A stretch of DNA of 64,000 nucleotides from Lama glama (Eukaryota): NCBI GenBank assembly GCA_028534125.1, contig CM052838.1, forward strand, positions 62,992,001 to 63,056,000. Direction: 5' to 3'. Every line of letters begins with the position of its first letter. Within the stretch, counting starts at the first letter, position 1. Below are positions 24,651-36,415 of this stretch, in pieces. The position numbers were made by a program, and so were the translations under genes. A model generated the notes under the pieces. The model was not told the origin of the DNA. It was given only the letters and a program-made list of their open reading frames with translations, and did no database searches.

Positions 24651-25000
24651 TGTCACAGTCCACCCGGAGCCCCCGTAACAGACACCAGAGCCCAGGGGCT
24701 CTGACGGCACGTGTTTCTCTCAGTTTGGGAGGCTGGGAGGCCCACGTCAGGGCGCCAGCCACATGGGTGTCTGGTGAGGGCCCCTTCCTGGGGTGGCCCC
24801 CCTCTGGCTGTGTCCACATGCAGAGTGCAGGGAGAGGAAGCACCTGTCCCGCTCTGCATGTAAGGACACCCATCCCAGCGGTTCCACCTTGGTGACCTGA
24901 TCACCACCCAAAGGTGTCCCCTCCACTTACCACTACACTGGGCTTCGATTTAAATACGTGAATTTGGTGGGGAGGGGACAAAGATACTCAGTCTACAGCA
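24651..25000 (-). mobile_element. MLT1A-like MaLR solo LTR
   Basis: tgtcacagtcc...ggaggctgggag...tctggtgagggccccttcctgg...taaggacac...gtgacctgatcaccacccaaagg...gtgaatttgg...tcagtctacagca; flanks cccgc/ccagc resemble a 5-bp TSD (4/5). Confidence 0.85.
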
Positions 25001-26477
25001 CCAGCTTTTTAAAAACTACCATGTTTCTGAAGCCCACATGGTAACAGGTGCTCGGAGCCCGTCTCCAAGCACCGCTGGGTCCTCCTGAGACCACAGGCCT
25101 GGGCTGGGCTGGTGCTTGGGGTCCTGGCGGATGGGGCTCAGGTGGGGTTTGGTCCTGCCGTCCAGGGATGACTGGGCCATGGACGGGCACTAAGATCTCC
25201 CAACACTGCAGGGAGGTGACTGTGACCAGTGTGACCCCTGGGGTGGAAAGAGGGTGACCAGCAGGGACACTGTCCAGGTCTCCCTCCTCCTCCCCAGGCT
25301 CAGGGCATCCGGGAGTGGTGGTGGCAGCATTTCTCATCATACACCTTATCCCTGCCTCGTGTTCTTCCTGCTCCCAACTCCCCAGGGTGCGCTGGGACTG
25401 GAGGGGCTTCGGCAGTGGGGGAGGGGCTGTGCTCTCAGGCAGTGGGGGTGGGCAGGTGGCCTCCCCCACGGAACTCCTCCTCTGCTCCATAGCTATTCCC
25501 GCATCCAGGGTCTCAGGCTCACCTGGCAAGGCCCGAGCTCCTCAGGGACAGACCGCCTCCCCCTGCTGCCCTGTCGGGGGGAATCCCCGTCAAATGGTCG
25601 GGTCTCGGGCTGGGTGGTTAAGCTAGATTCAGGCACCTCTGCGTCCAACCTGGCAGCCTTATGGCCACAGTCTAAACCGTTTCCTAAGAAGTGGGCTTTT
25701 CTGGTATCTCCCATGTGAGCCAGCGCCCGAGGACAGCCTCAGAGCCTGCCGGCCTCCACGCACAAGGAGGGAGGACTCAACAACCCAGAGGTGATGAGCA
25801 CCCAGTTCACTCTGAAAGGGACTCTGCCTCCTGAGGTTCGTCTCTCTCCCGATTTCTGGAGCCCCTGGTCCCCTCGGAATAGTGGCTGGCCCCTTAGGAC
25901 AGATGGCGCTGCCGGGCTTCCTGGCAGGAACGGGGCGGGCGGGCTGGGGGGTCTGCAGAGGCAGCTGCGCTCCTACTCTCTCCCCTTTCCTCTCTCCTTC
26001 CTGACAAAGACCGTTACGCTAATTCTGGCCACTGGTGGGGCAGCCTCTGCAAAGTGACTGTGAGCGACGTCCAGCCGCCGAATCCTGGGGCAGGTCCTCT
26101 GATCACCTGTGTACACCACAGCGCCCGCTGCGGACCCTGAGCCTCCGTGGGTCCGCCTGGAGGGCAGGTCCCAAGCCAGGTGCCTCAGTGCGAGTCGCTA
26201 GAGCGGCTCTGAAGGACCCTGCCAGTCTCTGAGGCCTCACCTGCTGGCCCTTTGGATCAAGCACAGGACAGGGCAGGACGGGGTAGTTGGAGGGGGGTGG
26301 TTGACACAGAGGAAAGATGTGCACATGGCCTCCTGCCACCGCATCCTTTGTGTGATCCTGTGGGCGGCCTGCACGTGTGTGCGCACAAACACGGACGTGC
26401 ACACGTGACCCTCCATCACGTGTTCCTGGACAAAGTCCCCGTGCCCAGTCCTGAAGGAGGCAGAATGCCAAGCGCCA

Positions 26478-26910
26478 CATGTTAACTTCCTACAGCTGCC
26501 ATAAGAAAATATCACAGACTGCACGGCTGAAAAAACCAGAAATGTATTCCCTGCGGTTCTAGAGGCCAGAGGTCAGAAAGCAAGGTGCTGGGAGGGCCGG
26601 CCTCCCTCTGAAGGCTCAGGGCCAAGCTTTCCGTGTATCTTCTGGCTCTGGTGTCCCCAGGTGTTCCTTGCTGGTTTTCGGCTTGTAGAAACATCACTCC
26701 AATCTCTGTCTCCACCCTTAGGCTGCAGGCTCCTCTCTGTGTGTGTCGGGGTCCAAGTTTCCCTCTTTTTATAAGGACGCTGATCATTGGATTTAGGACC
26801 CACACTAAATCAGTTTGACCTCTTCTGCATCTGATTACATTTGCAAAGACACTATTTCCAAGTAAAGTCACGTACGCATGAATTTTGGGGGGACACCAAC
26901 CAGTCCAGAG
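26478..26910 (-). mobile_element. MLT1B/C-like MaLR solo LTR
   Basis: gctgccataagaaaatatcacagactg...ccagaaatgtatt...ttctagaggccaga...catcactccaatctctg...ttataaggac...cattggatttagg...gattacatttgcaaagacactatttcca. Confidence 0.9.
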
Positions 26911-27869
26911 CCTGCTGGTCCCGTGTCTCTGAGCATCTCGACTTTATCTAGTGACTCATGGAGTGGTGGTTCTGCTCTCCATGCCCTGTGGCGGTCAGGT
27001 GATGCCCAGGCCCATGGTGGCCCTGCCAGCCTGGCTGTACCCTCTCCAGTGCCCCTGGCTGGGACCCGGCAAAGTAAAGGCCAGGCTCCTGGTGGGAGGC
27101 AGACTGCAGGGAGCTGGGAGACGCCGAAGCCCGGGGGATGGCAGAGGGGAGAGAGACTCCTGTTTCGGTTTCTAAAGACTCTGGGGAGGATGGACGCATT
27201 GCCTCCGCCCCAACCCAGCACACTGCCCATGGTCCTCAAAGCACACAGGCCCCCGTGACAGTCATTTCACCTGACATTATTGCTGCTCAGGTGATCTAAC
27301 CTGAGCTTGTAAAGAGCCCCTTTCTTCTCTTTGGTGGTTTTCCCAGTGGAGGTGCCCGGGCTTCTGTCAGCAGTCACTCTTGGCTTCAGGATGATGGTTG
27401 CAAAACGAAAGCTAAAAGCTCTTTATCCTGAAAATGGCCATTCACCCATCTTTCTGAGCCAAACCTCGCCGAATGTGTCCATCGTCCCATAGCTGTGTCT
27501 GGAAGGAACACCCCTCACCCAGGGGCAGGTGATCAGGGAGCTCAAGCCAGGAGTCCCAAGGCTCTGTAGCAGCCTCTCTCAGCCACAAGCTGGGCCTTTG
27601 AGAAATGATGAAGGACTTGAGGGCCTCAGGAGTGGTCCCAGTGGGCGGGGTCTTCAGCGATGCTGGGTTGGGGGCAGACACCACACAGGTGGGAGTGGAG
27701 TGCATGCTATCAGGGGGCAGCCCCAGATCAAGGAGTCCCAGCCAGTGGGCCGACTGCTCTGTGCCCTGTTGTCCCCATCAACACATTTTACCTGTTCAAC
27801 CTCCCACAGCTGCTCCCGGAGAGTCAGGCAGAGACAGGGCTACAGAAGAGCGTCAGGATGAGGGACAGG

Positions 27870-28200
27870 CCTGCGGGCGGCGGCGGGTTACACATATACA
27901 CCCAGAGGGGCTGCACCGTGCTGGAGCGGCCGCCCGGGGAAGGACGCCCGACGTGTGCCCTGGGCCCGGCTGACGCAGCCCCGGGCCGGAGCCAGCCAGG
28001 GGCCCGAGCAGCTTTTAGCAGGTGCACTTCACACGGTGCCGCTCCCGCCCGGCCGCGGCGGGATGGAGGCGGGGCGGGTGCCAGGATGCCCGCCGCCCGC
28101 CGCCCATGCCCGGGGCCTCGGTGCCCGCAGGGGCGGGATGCGGGGGACGGGCCCGCCAAGGGCACGGCGGCGAGTGACTTCGAGAGCCCTGACATTTACA
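27870..28200. promoter_or_regulatory. Small CpG island with GC boxes (orphan CGI; possible alternative promoter or enhancer)
   Basis: Very high GC and CpG density, GGGGCGGG boxes near 28071 and 28130, cgcc repeats; followed by an AT-rich segment with TGTTTATTTAA at 28217-28227. Confidence 0.6.
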
Positions 28201-28619
28201 CAATTTCGGCCTGTTGTGTTTATTTAAGGGCTTTTCCGTAAAGGGTGCAGGGCCCTTAGTGGCTGCATCTGTTAATGCCTGGTGCTTTTTGTGTTTAAAT
28301 GTGCCACTTCCAATGACTGTCAGTGTTGACCTAAGTGACAAACATCCCAACATGTTTATAGAGGAGACCATGGGACCTCGTGCCACGGGACTTTCGTTCT
28401 GTGGAGGGAGAGGAAGCAAGATAACGCCAGCATCGGTTGTTTTTGTAAGCGTTGGCCTCCCTAACAAGCCTTGTCATGCGTGTGACCGTTGCCTCCCTGA
28501 GAAGCTCAGGGCTCTTCGAATTTCCCCCTTGGAAAATATCAAAGGAAAGGCCTTTAGACAGATTATTAAGTGAGGGCTGCTGGCATCAGCACACATGCAA
28601 TTGATGGCTTTCACTTGAG

Positions 28620-28960
28620 CATTTATTCATTGGCTGAAGAAGTACTTTCTAGTGTTTTCCATGGGGTGATACCAGGTCACAGGCTGGATTGAGGGGGTCC
28701 CCTCTCCTGGTGGAGCTGAACACCAGCTGAAGAAGCCAGGGAGCATACGGGGACACACGCTGCAAGTCGTGTGAAGAGAGACCCGCGCCACGCGGGGTGA
28801 TGGCAGAACAGGACCTGTCCGGGGAACAGGGGTGAAGGAGGCCCGGGAGGGAGAGACCGTTAAGGGAGAGTGGGAGTTGCCACCAAAGTAAGTGACTGAG
28901 GAACTGGCAGGGTCTGGGACGAGGAGGTGGGGAGACTTTGAAGAATCAAAAAGGCAGGTA
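28620..28960 (-). mobile_element. L2 fragment
   Basis: catttattcatt tail, gtcccctctcctggtggagctga, then the purine-rich reverse L2 body. Confidence 0.55.
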
Positions 28961-29574
28961 TCTGATTAATTATTCCACACCCTCCAGTGTCCCATGTACA
29001 CAAAACATGGGCTAAACTGGTTGACGGCAGAAAACTCGGTCACATAAGTAGAGGGACAGGTGGCATGGCCGTCGAGGAGTTCAGATACGGAAATGAGGTA
29101 CTTGGATGAGTGCAAAATAGCATTCTGCAGCCAAGTAGGTCTTTAAACTGCCCCAAGACAGGGCACTGCATGAGTTGTCAAGAGAAGCCACTTGGTTTCC
29201 ACCTCTCTTGTGGCCTTGGTGTATCTCACATGGACAGTAAATTGACTGATAGGTGGAAGAGACGTCTTTTCAGGCGCCCACGGCTCCATCTCTCTGCAGT
29301 GTGACTCGCTGGTCCCATTAGACCCACATTAGGGGTTTTATCAGCTTCCACTTTGTTTCAAGCTGGCTTACCAAGGCCCCGACTGAAATGGGTGGCTTTG
29401 GTGTAAACCACGTCTATTTCAGTTGTCTGGATCAAGCGGCAGACAAAGAAATATGGACCGTCAGGCAGAGGGGTTGGAATAGAGGCCGACTTTACTGGAT
29501 AACTGATAATGCAATGCAGGGATCCATGGATCAGTGGTCATTGGGCTCCACTTGGTGCCAAGCATCAGGCAAAG

Positions 29575-30370
29575 ACTTCAACTTACCCTTCAAGGACAGA
29601 GATGTCTGGGGAGCCTTCCAGCAAATGCAGCAGCCTGAGCAAAGGCCTAGATGCAGGGGAGCCAGGGGTAGGATCGTGACTAGACCCATGAGCAGCTTTG
29701 GGGCAAGTACGGGAGACAGCACAAGTGCAAGGGGAAGGGAGGGCCATATTCCAGAAGCTTGGGAAGTAGGAAGAGCAGCTGCTATGCTGGAACTGGTGCA
29801 GGGAGAGTCCTTGCAGACTCCTGGGAATGTATCTGCTGTGGTCTGAAGGTCTGTGTCCTCTCCAAATTCATATGTCTGACTCCTAACCTCCAGGAGATGG
29901 CACTGTAGGTGGGGCCCTTGGGAGGTCATGAGGGTGGGGCTCCCACAAATGGGATTAGTGCCCTTATAAGGGGGCCTGCAGAGAGCTCCCCAAGCCCTTC
30001 CGCTGCGTGAGGACACTGGGCATGTCTGCAGCCGGGAAGAGGCTCTCGCCTGACGACCCTGTCTCAGACGTCCAGCCTCCAGAACTGTGGCAGAAATTTA
30101 TGTTGTTTGTAAATCTCCTAGTTTGGCATTTTGTTATAGTCCAAGTGGACTAAGATAATTTCTTAAAAGGGTCATTTTGGCTGTGAGTGGTTGGATGGAT
30201 TTGGGTGGACAGAAATGGTGTGGATGGGGCAGCTTTGGAGTTGGGAAAGCCACTGAGAGAGAGGCTGCCTAGAACTGTGGCCAAGTCTTGGGTGTAAGAT
30301 AAAATCCACCAGGGTTTGAGTCCCGGCCCTGCTGTTGTTTCGCTGCCAGATCTTGAGAGCTGAGACGGCT
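29575..30370 (-). mobile_element. L2 fragment interrupted by an MLT1A LTR
   Basis: ccttccagcaaatgcagcagcctgagcaaaggcctag before the LTR and ttaaaagggtcattttggctg...ggatggatt...gaggctg...ccaagt after it resemble collinear reverse L2. Confidence 0.6.
29834..30157 (+). mobile_element. MLT1A0-like MaLR solo LTR
   Basis: tgctgtggtctgaa..tgtgtcctctccaaattcatatg...aggtggggcccttgggaggtcatgagggtgggg...gggattagtgcccttataag...ccagcctccagaactgtg...ttttgttatag...gactaagata. Confidence 0.92.
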
Positions 30371-32204
30371 TCGTATCCCAAGATGTAATTAAAAATACAA
30401 GCAATATTAAACTTCAGACAGAAAATTACTGATGCTTTGGAATTATGATGTTCTAGACCTATTATGGCCAACTTCTGGGTCAGTTCCTCAAAGGCCCAGA
30501 CCTGGTTTTCTGTTGCCCTAAACCTGCACTTGGTCTCTGGGAGGCAGCCCTGGGGCAAGGCTGGCTCAGCCGGCTTTCACTCTGGGCCGTGCTTTCCTGA
30601 CGATGCCAAGCCTGCTCCGCCCTGCGTCCAATCACTTTGGGGACTGCATCTCTGCTCCGCCCACCCACGATGTTGTCTCATCATTTGGGCAAAGACTGTG
30701 CCTGGGCCACCTGCCCAGCTGTCCGTCCGCACACGGTCCACGCACCAGGGTGTGTCAAGTGCTTCCTTCTGACAGCACTGGGACAGACCCAGAGATAAGC
30801 CGGACTTGGTCCCAGGCCACCCGGAGTTTGTAGTCTTTGAGGAACAACACCTGTAAGGCTAGGACAGGCTGTGAGAAAGAAGGGATGGTGGTAAACCCTG
30901 AGAAAAGGCCAGAGTGTGAGCAGGTTACGGCCACAGCTGGCTGCTGCTGACCAAGGTCTGGGAAAGGAGTTTCATGGGCGCCTCCAGGCCAGTGCCTGCA
31001 GGGCCTTGGCCCTCGGGACCCCCTCCCCGGCTATCTGCCAACATTAGCACAGGTCCCTGGCCCCTCTTCTGTCTGATGAGAGATTTCACAAGTTCTGCTA
31101 GAAACCTATCGGAACGTGTCAGGGCAAAGAGAAGCTGCCTGTCCCTCTGTGGCTGGGACAGTGACATCCTCTGGAAGAGGAGGAGGACCCTGGCCTCATA
31201 CCCAGCCGGGAGCCCCCGTGCTGCAGGGACAGGCTCTGCAGTGAGCAGGGACTTGCCTCTTCTGCAACCCTGGACCGCCTGGGGCCATGTGCCAGCTCCT
31301 CGTTTCAGCCACCAGAGACGCCAGCCTCCCAAGGACCAGCCTGTGCCCGAAAAGACCACAGGCAGGGGGAGAGGCAGGGGTCTCATGGGCTGAAGGGCCA
31401 GCCTGGAGCCCCTCCCTGGAGCCGAAGGTCCCGGGTGAAGGAGCCCCGAGCAGGCGGCTGCTTGCCTGGGACATGCGCTCCTCTCTGCTACATGCACTGA
31501 ACCCAGAGCCGGAGCCCCAAAGCCACTGGAAAACTCAGGATTGGATCTCAAGTTCAGGGGATGAGCATCCCTGACACCACAGCGGCTTCACCACCCCCGC
31601 GGGCTTCCGGCCGTGGAGGGCAGGTCTCCGAGGCGTTTTAGGAAGATAGAAGCTTCTTCCGGAACGTGGGTCAGGGCCCCGCAGGTCCGCCTCAGTGTCT
31701 CTGCCTCCGACGTGAGCCCGGAGGACATCCCTGCCCGTCGCTTGGGCCTCATTCAGCCTTGCTGCTTCCTCTCGGCCACGATGACTCCCTCTTGGCCGCC
31801 TCCTGGGTATTGAGTCTAAACGCTTCCTGCTCTATCGACAAACAGCCCTCCTCCTGCGGCCCTGACTTACTTAGGGCACTAAAGACTGCCGAGCACCAAG
31901 TCAGTCCGTGAATTTCCCCTGTTAATCCGCACATTTGTCACAGTTGGCTTTGTGAGTCGACAGTGACTGGCCCCGTCTAAAGTCGCTCTCCAATTTATAA
32001 CTGGAAGATAAAATTCAGATAAATGAAGCATTAATGCCGGAGCACGTGAAAGAATCGTTATGAAGTCTGTATCAGGCAGGGCAGAGCTGGCGCCCCCAGA
32101 GGTGAGACCCTGTCCTGCCCTACCCGGGCTCCGGACGTGAGTCACCCCAGTCCCGTCTGCCTGTCTGCTCCACGTGTCCTTCTGCAGTGAGCTGGGCCAC
32201 CTAG

Positions 32205-32300
32205 CCCCCCCACTGAAATTTATTTTTTCCACAGCGTTTAACACTACTTGACATATTATATATTAGTTTATTTACTTTTGGTCTGTCCCCTCCACCCCAC
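32205..32300 (+). mobile_element. L2a 3' fragment
   Basis: tttattttttccacagcgtttaacactacttgacatattatatattagtttatttacttttggtctgtcccctcca. Confidence 0.7.
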
Positions 32301-32610
32301 CATGGTTTTCTCAGGTTGCCAGAGCAAAATACCTCAGACTAGCTAACTTCAACAACAGAAATTAATTTGGGGGTGGGGAGTGGAGGGCGCCAGAAAGACC
32401 AAGGTTGCAGCAAGGGTTTTGGAGGACCTGATGCCAGGGCTGTCCTGCCCACCTGCCAGCAGGCACGAGTTTTCTGTCTCCCAGGAAGAGGATGCTGGCG
32501 TGTGTGGAGATACCCGCCTCTTCCTTCTCGGCAGCTTTGGCTCGCGCCCTCCCCTCCTGGCGCGTGGGGCTGTACCTCTTGTGCTGGCTTCCATGTCCTC
32601 GATCCTACTT
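32301..32610 (-). mobile_element. MLT1 LTR fragment
   Basis: ggttgccagagcaaaatacctcagactagctaacttcaacaacagaaattaattt matches the reversed MLT1 3' terminus. Confidence 0.65.
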
Positions 32611-34959
32611 AATCTTTACGGCAGCCCCCAAGGTGGTGGGCAGGGAGGCAGGAGAGGTCTGGAGGAGGAATGCCCTGTGGTAGGGGGCCCAGGGGAGGGG
32701 CAGAGCCACGGTTCAAACCCAGTCCTTCAGATGTGGCCCCGGGACTGGCGGCTCTTACCGAGGACACCCCAGGCTGGGAGACGGGTGGCTGGGCTATGCG
32801 CGGCTCCCACCAGGAGCGCCTTCTGCCTCTGTGTCCCAGGCTTCTTTGGCTCATCTCCCCTGGAGAGGGGAGACTGAGTTCAGGCCCCAGGCAGCTCAGG
32901 CCAATGTGGATTAGCTGTGTCCGAAAGCCCACCAGCATCTCTGCCCGGCCTGAGCTCCGTCCAGGGCTGGAGGGGTGTGCTCCAACATGTCCCCAGGGAC
33001 CCGGCTGGGTGCTTTGTGTCTGGGGTCAGGACAGCAAAGGCAGTTAAGACGAGATGAATCAGGAACGGGGAGAGACCGGGCAGGCTCAGCAGGCTGCTCG
33101 AAGTGGGGTGCTTTGGAGTCGGGGTCCCCCTGGAGCCCCTCAAGTGCAGAGAACTACCAGCCACCTCTGCCAGAAGGAACCAAAGGGGGGATCCTGAGGC
33201 CAGGCCCCAGGCTTCTGCAGGACCCAGGGCCTGGCTGCCAGTCTGCCTGGGCCTGGCCGCCCGACCGAGCTGGTCCCGTGTCAGGACTATGCGTTCGTCT
33301 CCGTCCCGCTGTGTTTAACAGAAAGTTTCCTCCTTTGTGTGTGCACCAGGAGTTCTTGCTTCATTATTCAGAAAGTCTTTAAGCTGATGCTCACCTACTT
33401 AGCCACATTAACATATTTAAATCACAATTAATTGGAAAATTACAGTAAGATGTGAAGTGGGAACCATTCCTTTCAAATGAGCATCTAAGCTTGCTGATGA
33501 AACCAAGCGGTCCGTTTCTTTCCAGGAAGTCTTCAGACCCCCGGCTGGGCTCGTGTGGCCCAGGCACGTGCGAGCTGCCTCTCCAGAAGCGCGGCTCTGC
33601 CTCCCAGGGCCCACGGTGCCAGAAGGCATGAGTCTCAGACCCGCAGCCCCAGGCTGGCCCGGCAGCGAGGATCCATGGGGAAGGGAGCCCCGGGGAGGCA
33701 GGTAGCAGAACTCTTTTGGGACAGGGGTCAGCTCACGGGCAGTGGGAGCCCCTGCTTCATTCCTGGAGAGGCGGGGCCGTGGGGTCTGAGCTGTGTTCTC
33801 CAGGGTCTCGTCACCATGATGCGGTAACAGGATTCGAGACACTGCCCCCAGCGCTCCCTGGCGCAGGGCCCCAGCTTCCCTGCTTCCACTGGGGCCTCAG
33901 ACCAGGGCACGTGAGCACGCCAGCAGCAGTGACAGCCACAGGGAAGGCTTGTGGAGGGCGTCTCCGCCCCTGTGGGTGGAGAGCTCCCGCCTGATCTGGT
34001 CAGCTCCTCCCAGGGACCGCCATCAAAGAGTCACGGGAACTGAGGCTTGGAGAGGTCACCTGCTGGGAGAATCAGAGGATGAAATGTGAACCCACAAGGC
34101 TGGCCATAAAATCTGGGCAACTGACCGCTGCACTCACCACTTCCGACAAAGCTGGCCCCCCCCGACCAGGTGAGAGTTGCCAGCAGGTGAGGTCCTAGGT
34201 GAGCGAGGTGCACCCCACGCCTCACCACCTGGTGCAGGGACATGTGGGAGAGGGTGCCTGAGTGCCTGCAGACGAGCCCCGAGGGTGTGGTCCAGCGACG
34301 GCCGCCATTACGGCAGCTGGGGGACCCCCTGTGCCGCACCCCTCAGGCAGCCGGAGAGCATGAAGCCTCCTTCAGGGTACGGGGGGCCTGGGAAGGTGCG
34401 AGGGTGCTTGCCCTCTTGTATGGGACACCTGAGCCACCGCCAGCATCTGAGCCCATGGGCTGGAGCGGCTAAGATACAGTGATCCTTGGCCTTGGTTCTG
34501 CAGACTTTCTGTGAACAGGCCTCACGCACTGCAGGTGCTTAAGCACTGCTGTGAGATGCCTGGAGGTTCTAACTGGGCGCGGAGGAGGAAGAAGCGTGTG
34601 GCCTGCTGTAGGGTCTGGCGAGCCCGGGTCGGGGGTGCAAGGCTGAGAGATATGAGGTCATGGTTCCAGGCAGCACCCACCTTTCCGCAGGGACCTTGTG
34701 GATCTGAGCCCCCTGACTTCCGACCCGCTCTGCAGGCACGTGTGCCGCGCAGGGTTCGGGGAGGCCCCGGGACCGGCCGTGTAGCTGATGGAGAGGAGGC
34801 CCCGCGGCCCTGGATGTGGTGGTGCGGTGGTGAGGTGCCCGGGGAACACCTCCGTGTGGGAGCGGGGGACCCGTCTCTCTTCCTGCAAGTGGACTGATAA
34901 AGGGCAGGCGTTTGTTTTTCCAGAGTCTCTGAGTCGCTTTGCGAGTTTGTTTCCATCTG

Positions 34960-35170
34960 AGGCAGCCGTGCTCATTGCAAAGCTGAAGGTCCGCTGGCCT
35001 TTCTAGATATATAACGCCTGCACAATTAACCAATCGTGTTACGTAATGTGTTCTTGAATGCTCCATTTATCTCGTAATTGAACATTTGTGCTTTCTGTTA
35101 GAGTGCATTGATTTTCACTTTTAAAAATTCCATTTGGAAGTGCAAGACACATTTTAGATTTGAAGTGGGG
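34960..35170. promoter_or_regulatory. Candidate enhancer with a perfect PAR-bZIP/NFIL3 site
   Basis: AT-rich unique island in very GC-rich surroundings; GTTACGTAAT at 35038-35047, CAATTAA, CCAAT, GTAATTG. Confidence 0.4.
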
Positions 35171-36415
35171 CGCAGCGGGGCAGGAGGCGGTTCGGAAGGG
35201 GTCAGGCCCGCTGGCGGGAAAGCTCAGCTGCCTTCCGCCGCTCTCCGCTGGCCACCCGGGCCGTGCATGCATGAGTTCCCCTCACTGTCCCGCAAACCCT
35301 AGCGCTGCCCCCATTTTGGAGGGGAGGGCACACTGCTGCCCTGAGTGGGAAAGTGGATCAGGATTCAAATGAGGCAGTGGGAGACCAGAGACCAGCCCGT
35401 GACCACTGCAGGACGCTGCTCGGATACCGGGTTCGTGTCCAGAGGCGTCCCCTCCCTGGCTGTGCGCGCCCCCTCCCCCGCCACCCGGCAGGGCAGGATG
35501 CTGGCTGGGGAGATGCCCGCTCCTTTTAGCAGGCCCCTTGTCTTCAGCAGCCTCTGCTCTCTCTCCGAACTGCCGGCCCTGGGCTTCCTGTGTGCAGGAC
35601 CGCCCGCAGACCGCGCTGGCTGGCTCTCTGATGAGCCCGTCCTGGTGCTGAGTGAAAGGCAGAAATCAATAGTGAACGCGAGGCTCCCCGTGCCCACAAG
35701 GCCCAGAAGCTGCCTGCTCAGCCGACTGTCTTCCGGGCAGAGCCACCTGTGGGGAGAGGTGAAAGGCACACGAACTAATGAAATCTCCCGCAGGTCCCGC
35801 CGGCCCGCCCGTGCGCCTGTGCGGGAGCGTGCGCGGCCTCCCCGCAGCGTCTGCACACGTGCTGCCCGCAGCCGCGGCAGGCCCGCCGGCGAAAGAGCAG
35901 ACGGACGCTTGTGTGTTGTGGTGCATGTGCGTTTCTGTCTCCCGAGAGTGCTGCTGCGTGCAGATCTGTGGATGGGAGCGTGTGAGCCTGTGGGTGAAAT
36001 GCGGGTCCGTGACAACAGGGGCTGTCTGCAGGGGTGCATGATCTACGAGTCCGAGTGTGGCTGGGTGTGTGTGCCTGAGGACTTGGGCAGTGTGTGTGTG
36101 TTGCTGTGTTTGGTGTGCATATCTACACACACAGGTGTGCACGTATATGGACCTACTGGCTCAGGGAAACGCAGTTTACTCCACAAGCAGCTGGCTGAGG
36201 TGAAGCTCATTCTCCTCCCGCACCTGCATCAGCTGCAGGGCTATGGGTGGGGCTGTCTGCCCTCGTGACCTTCTAGAGCCGACCCAGCCGGTTGCCTTTG
36301 GACGCCCTGATTCTGAGAAAACGGGCAGCTGTGCTTCTGTTGTGCACGTGATAGTTCTGCACCGTTAGAGCACCTGACTGACCCCATCTTGCTAAACCGA
36401 GAATCAGCCTGGGGC

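Noticed and set aside
35632-35652. REST/RE1-like site gagcccgtcctggtgctgag
   Set aside because: The half-site spacing is one base short and the left half is mismatched.
35345-36268. Longest ORF (307 aa) with an overlapping antisense ORF
   Set aside because: It starts at GTG, lies in CpG-rich and TG-rich low-complexity DNA where stops are rare, and has no recognisable homology.
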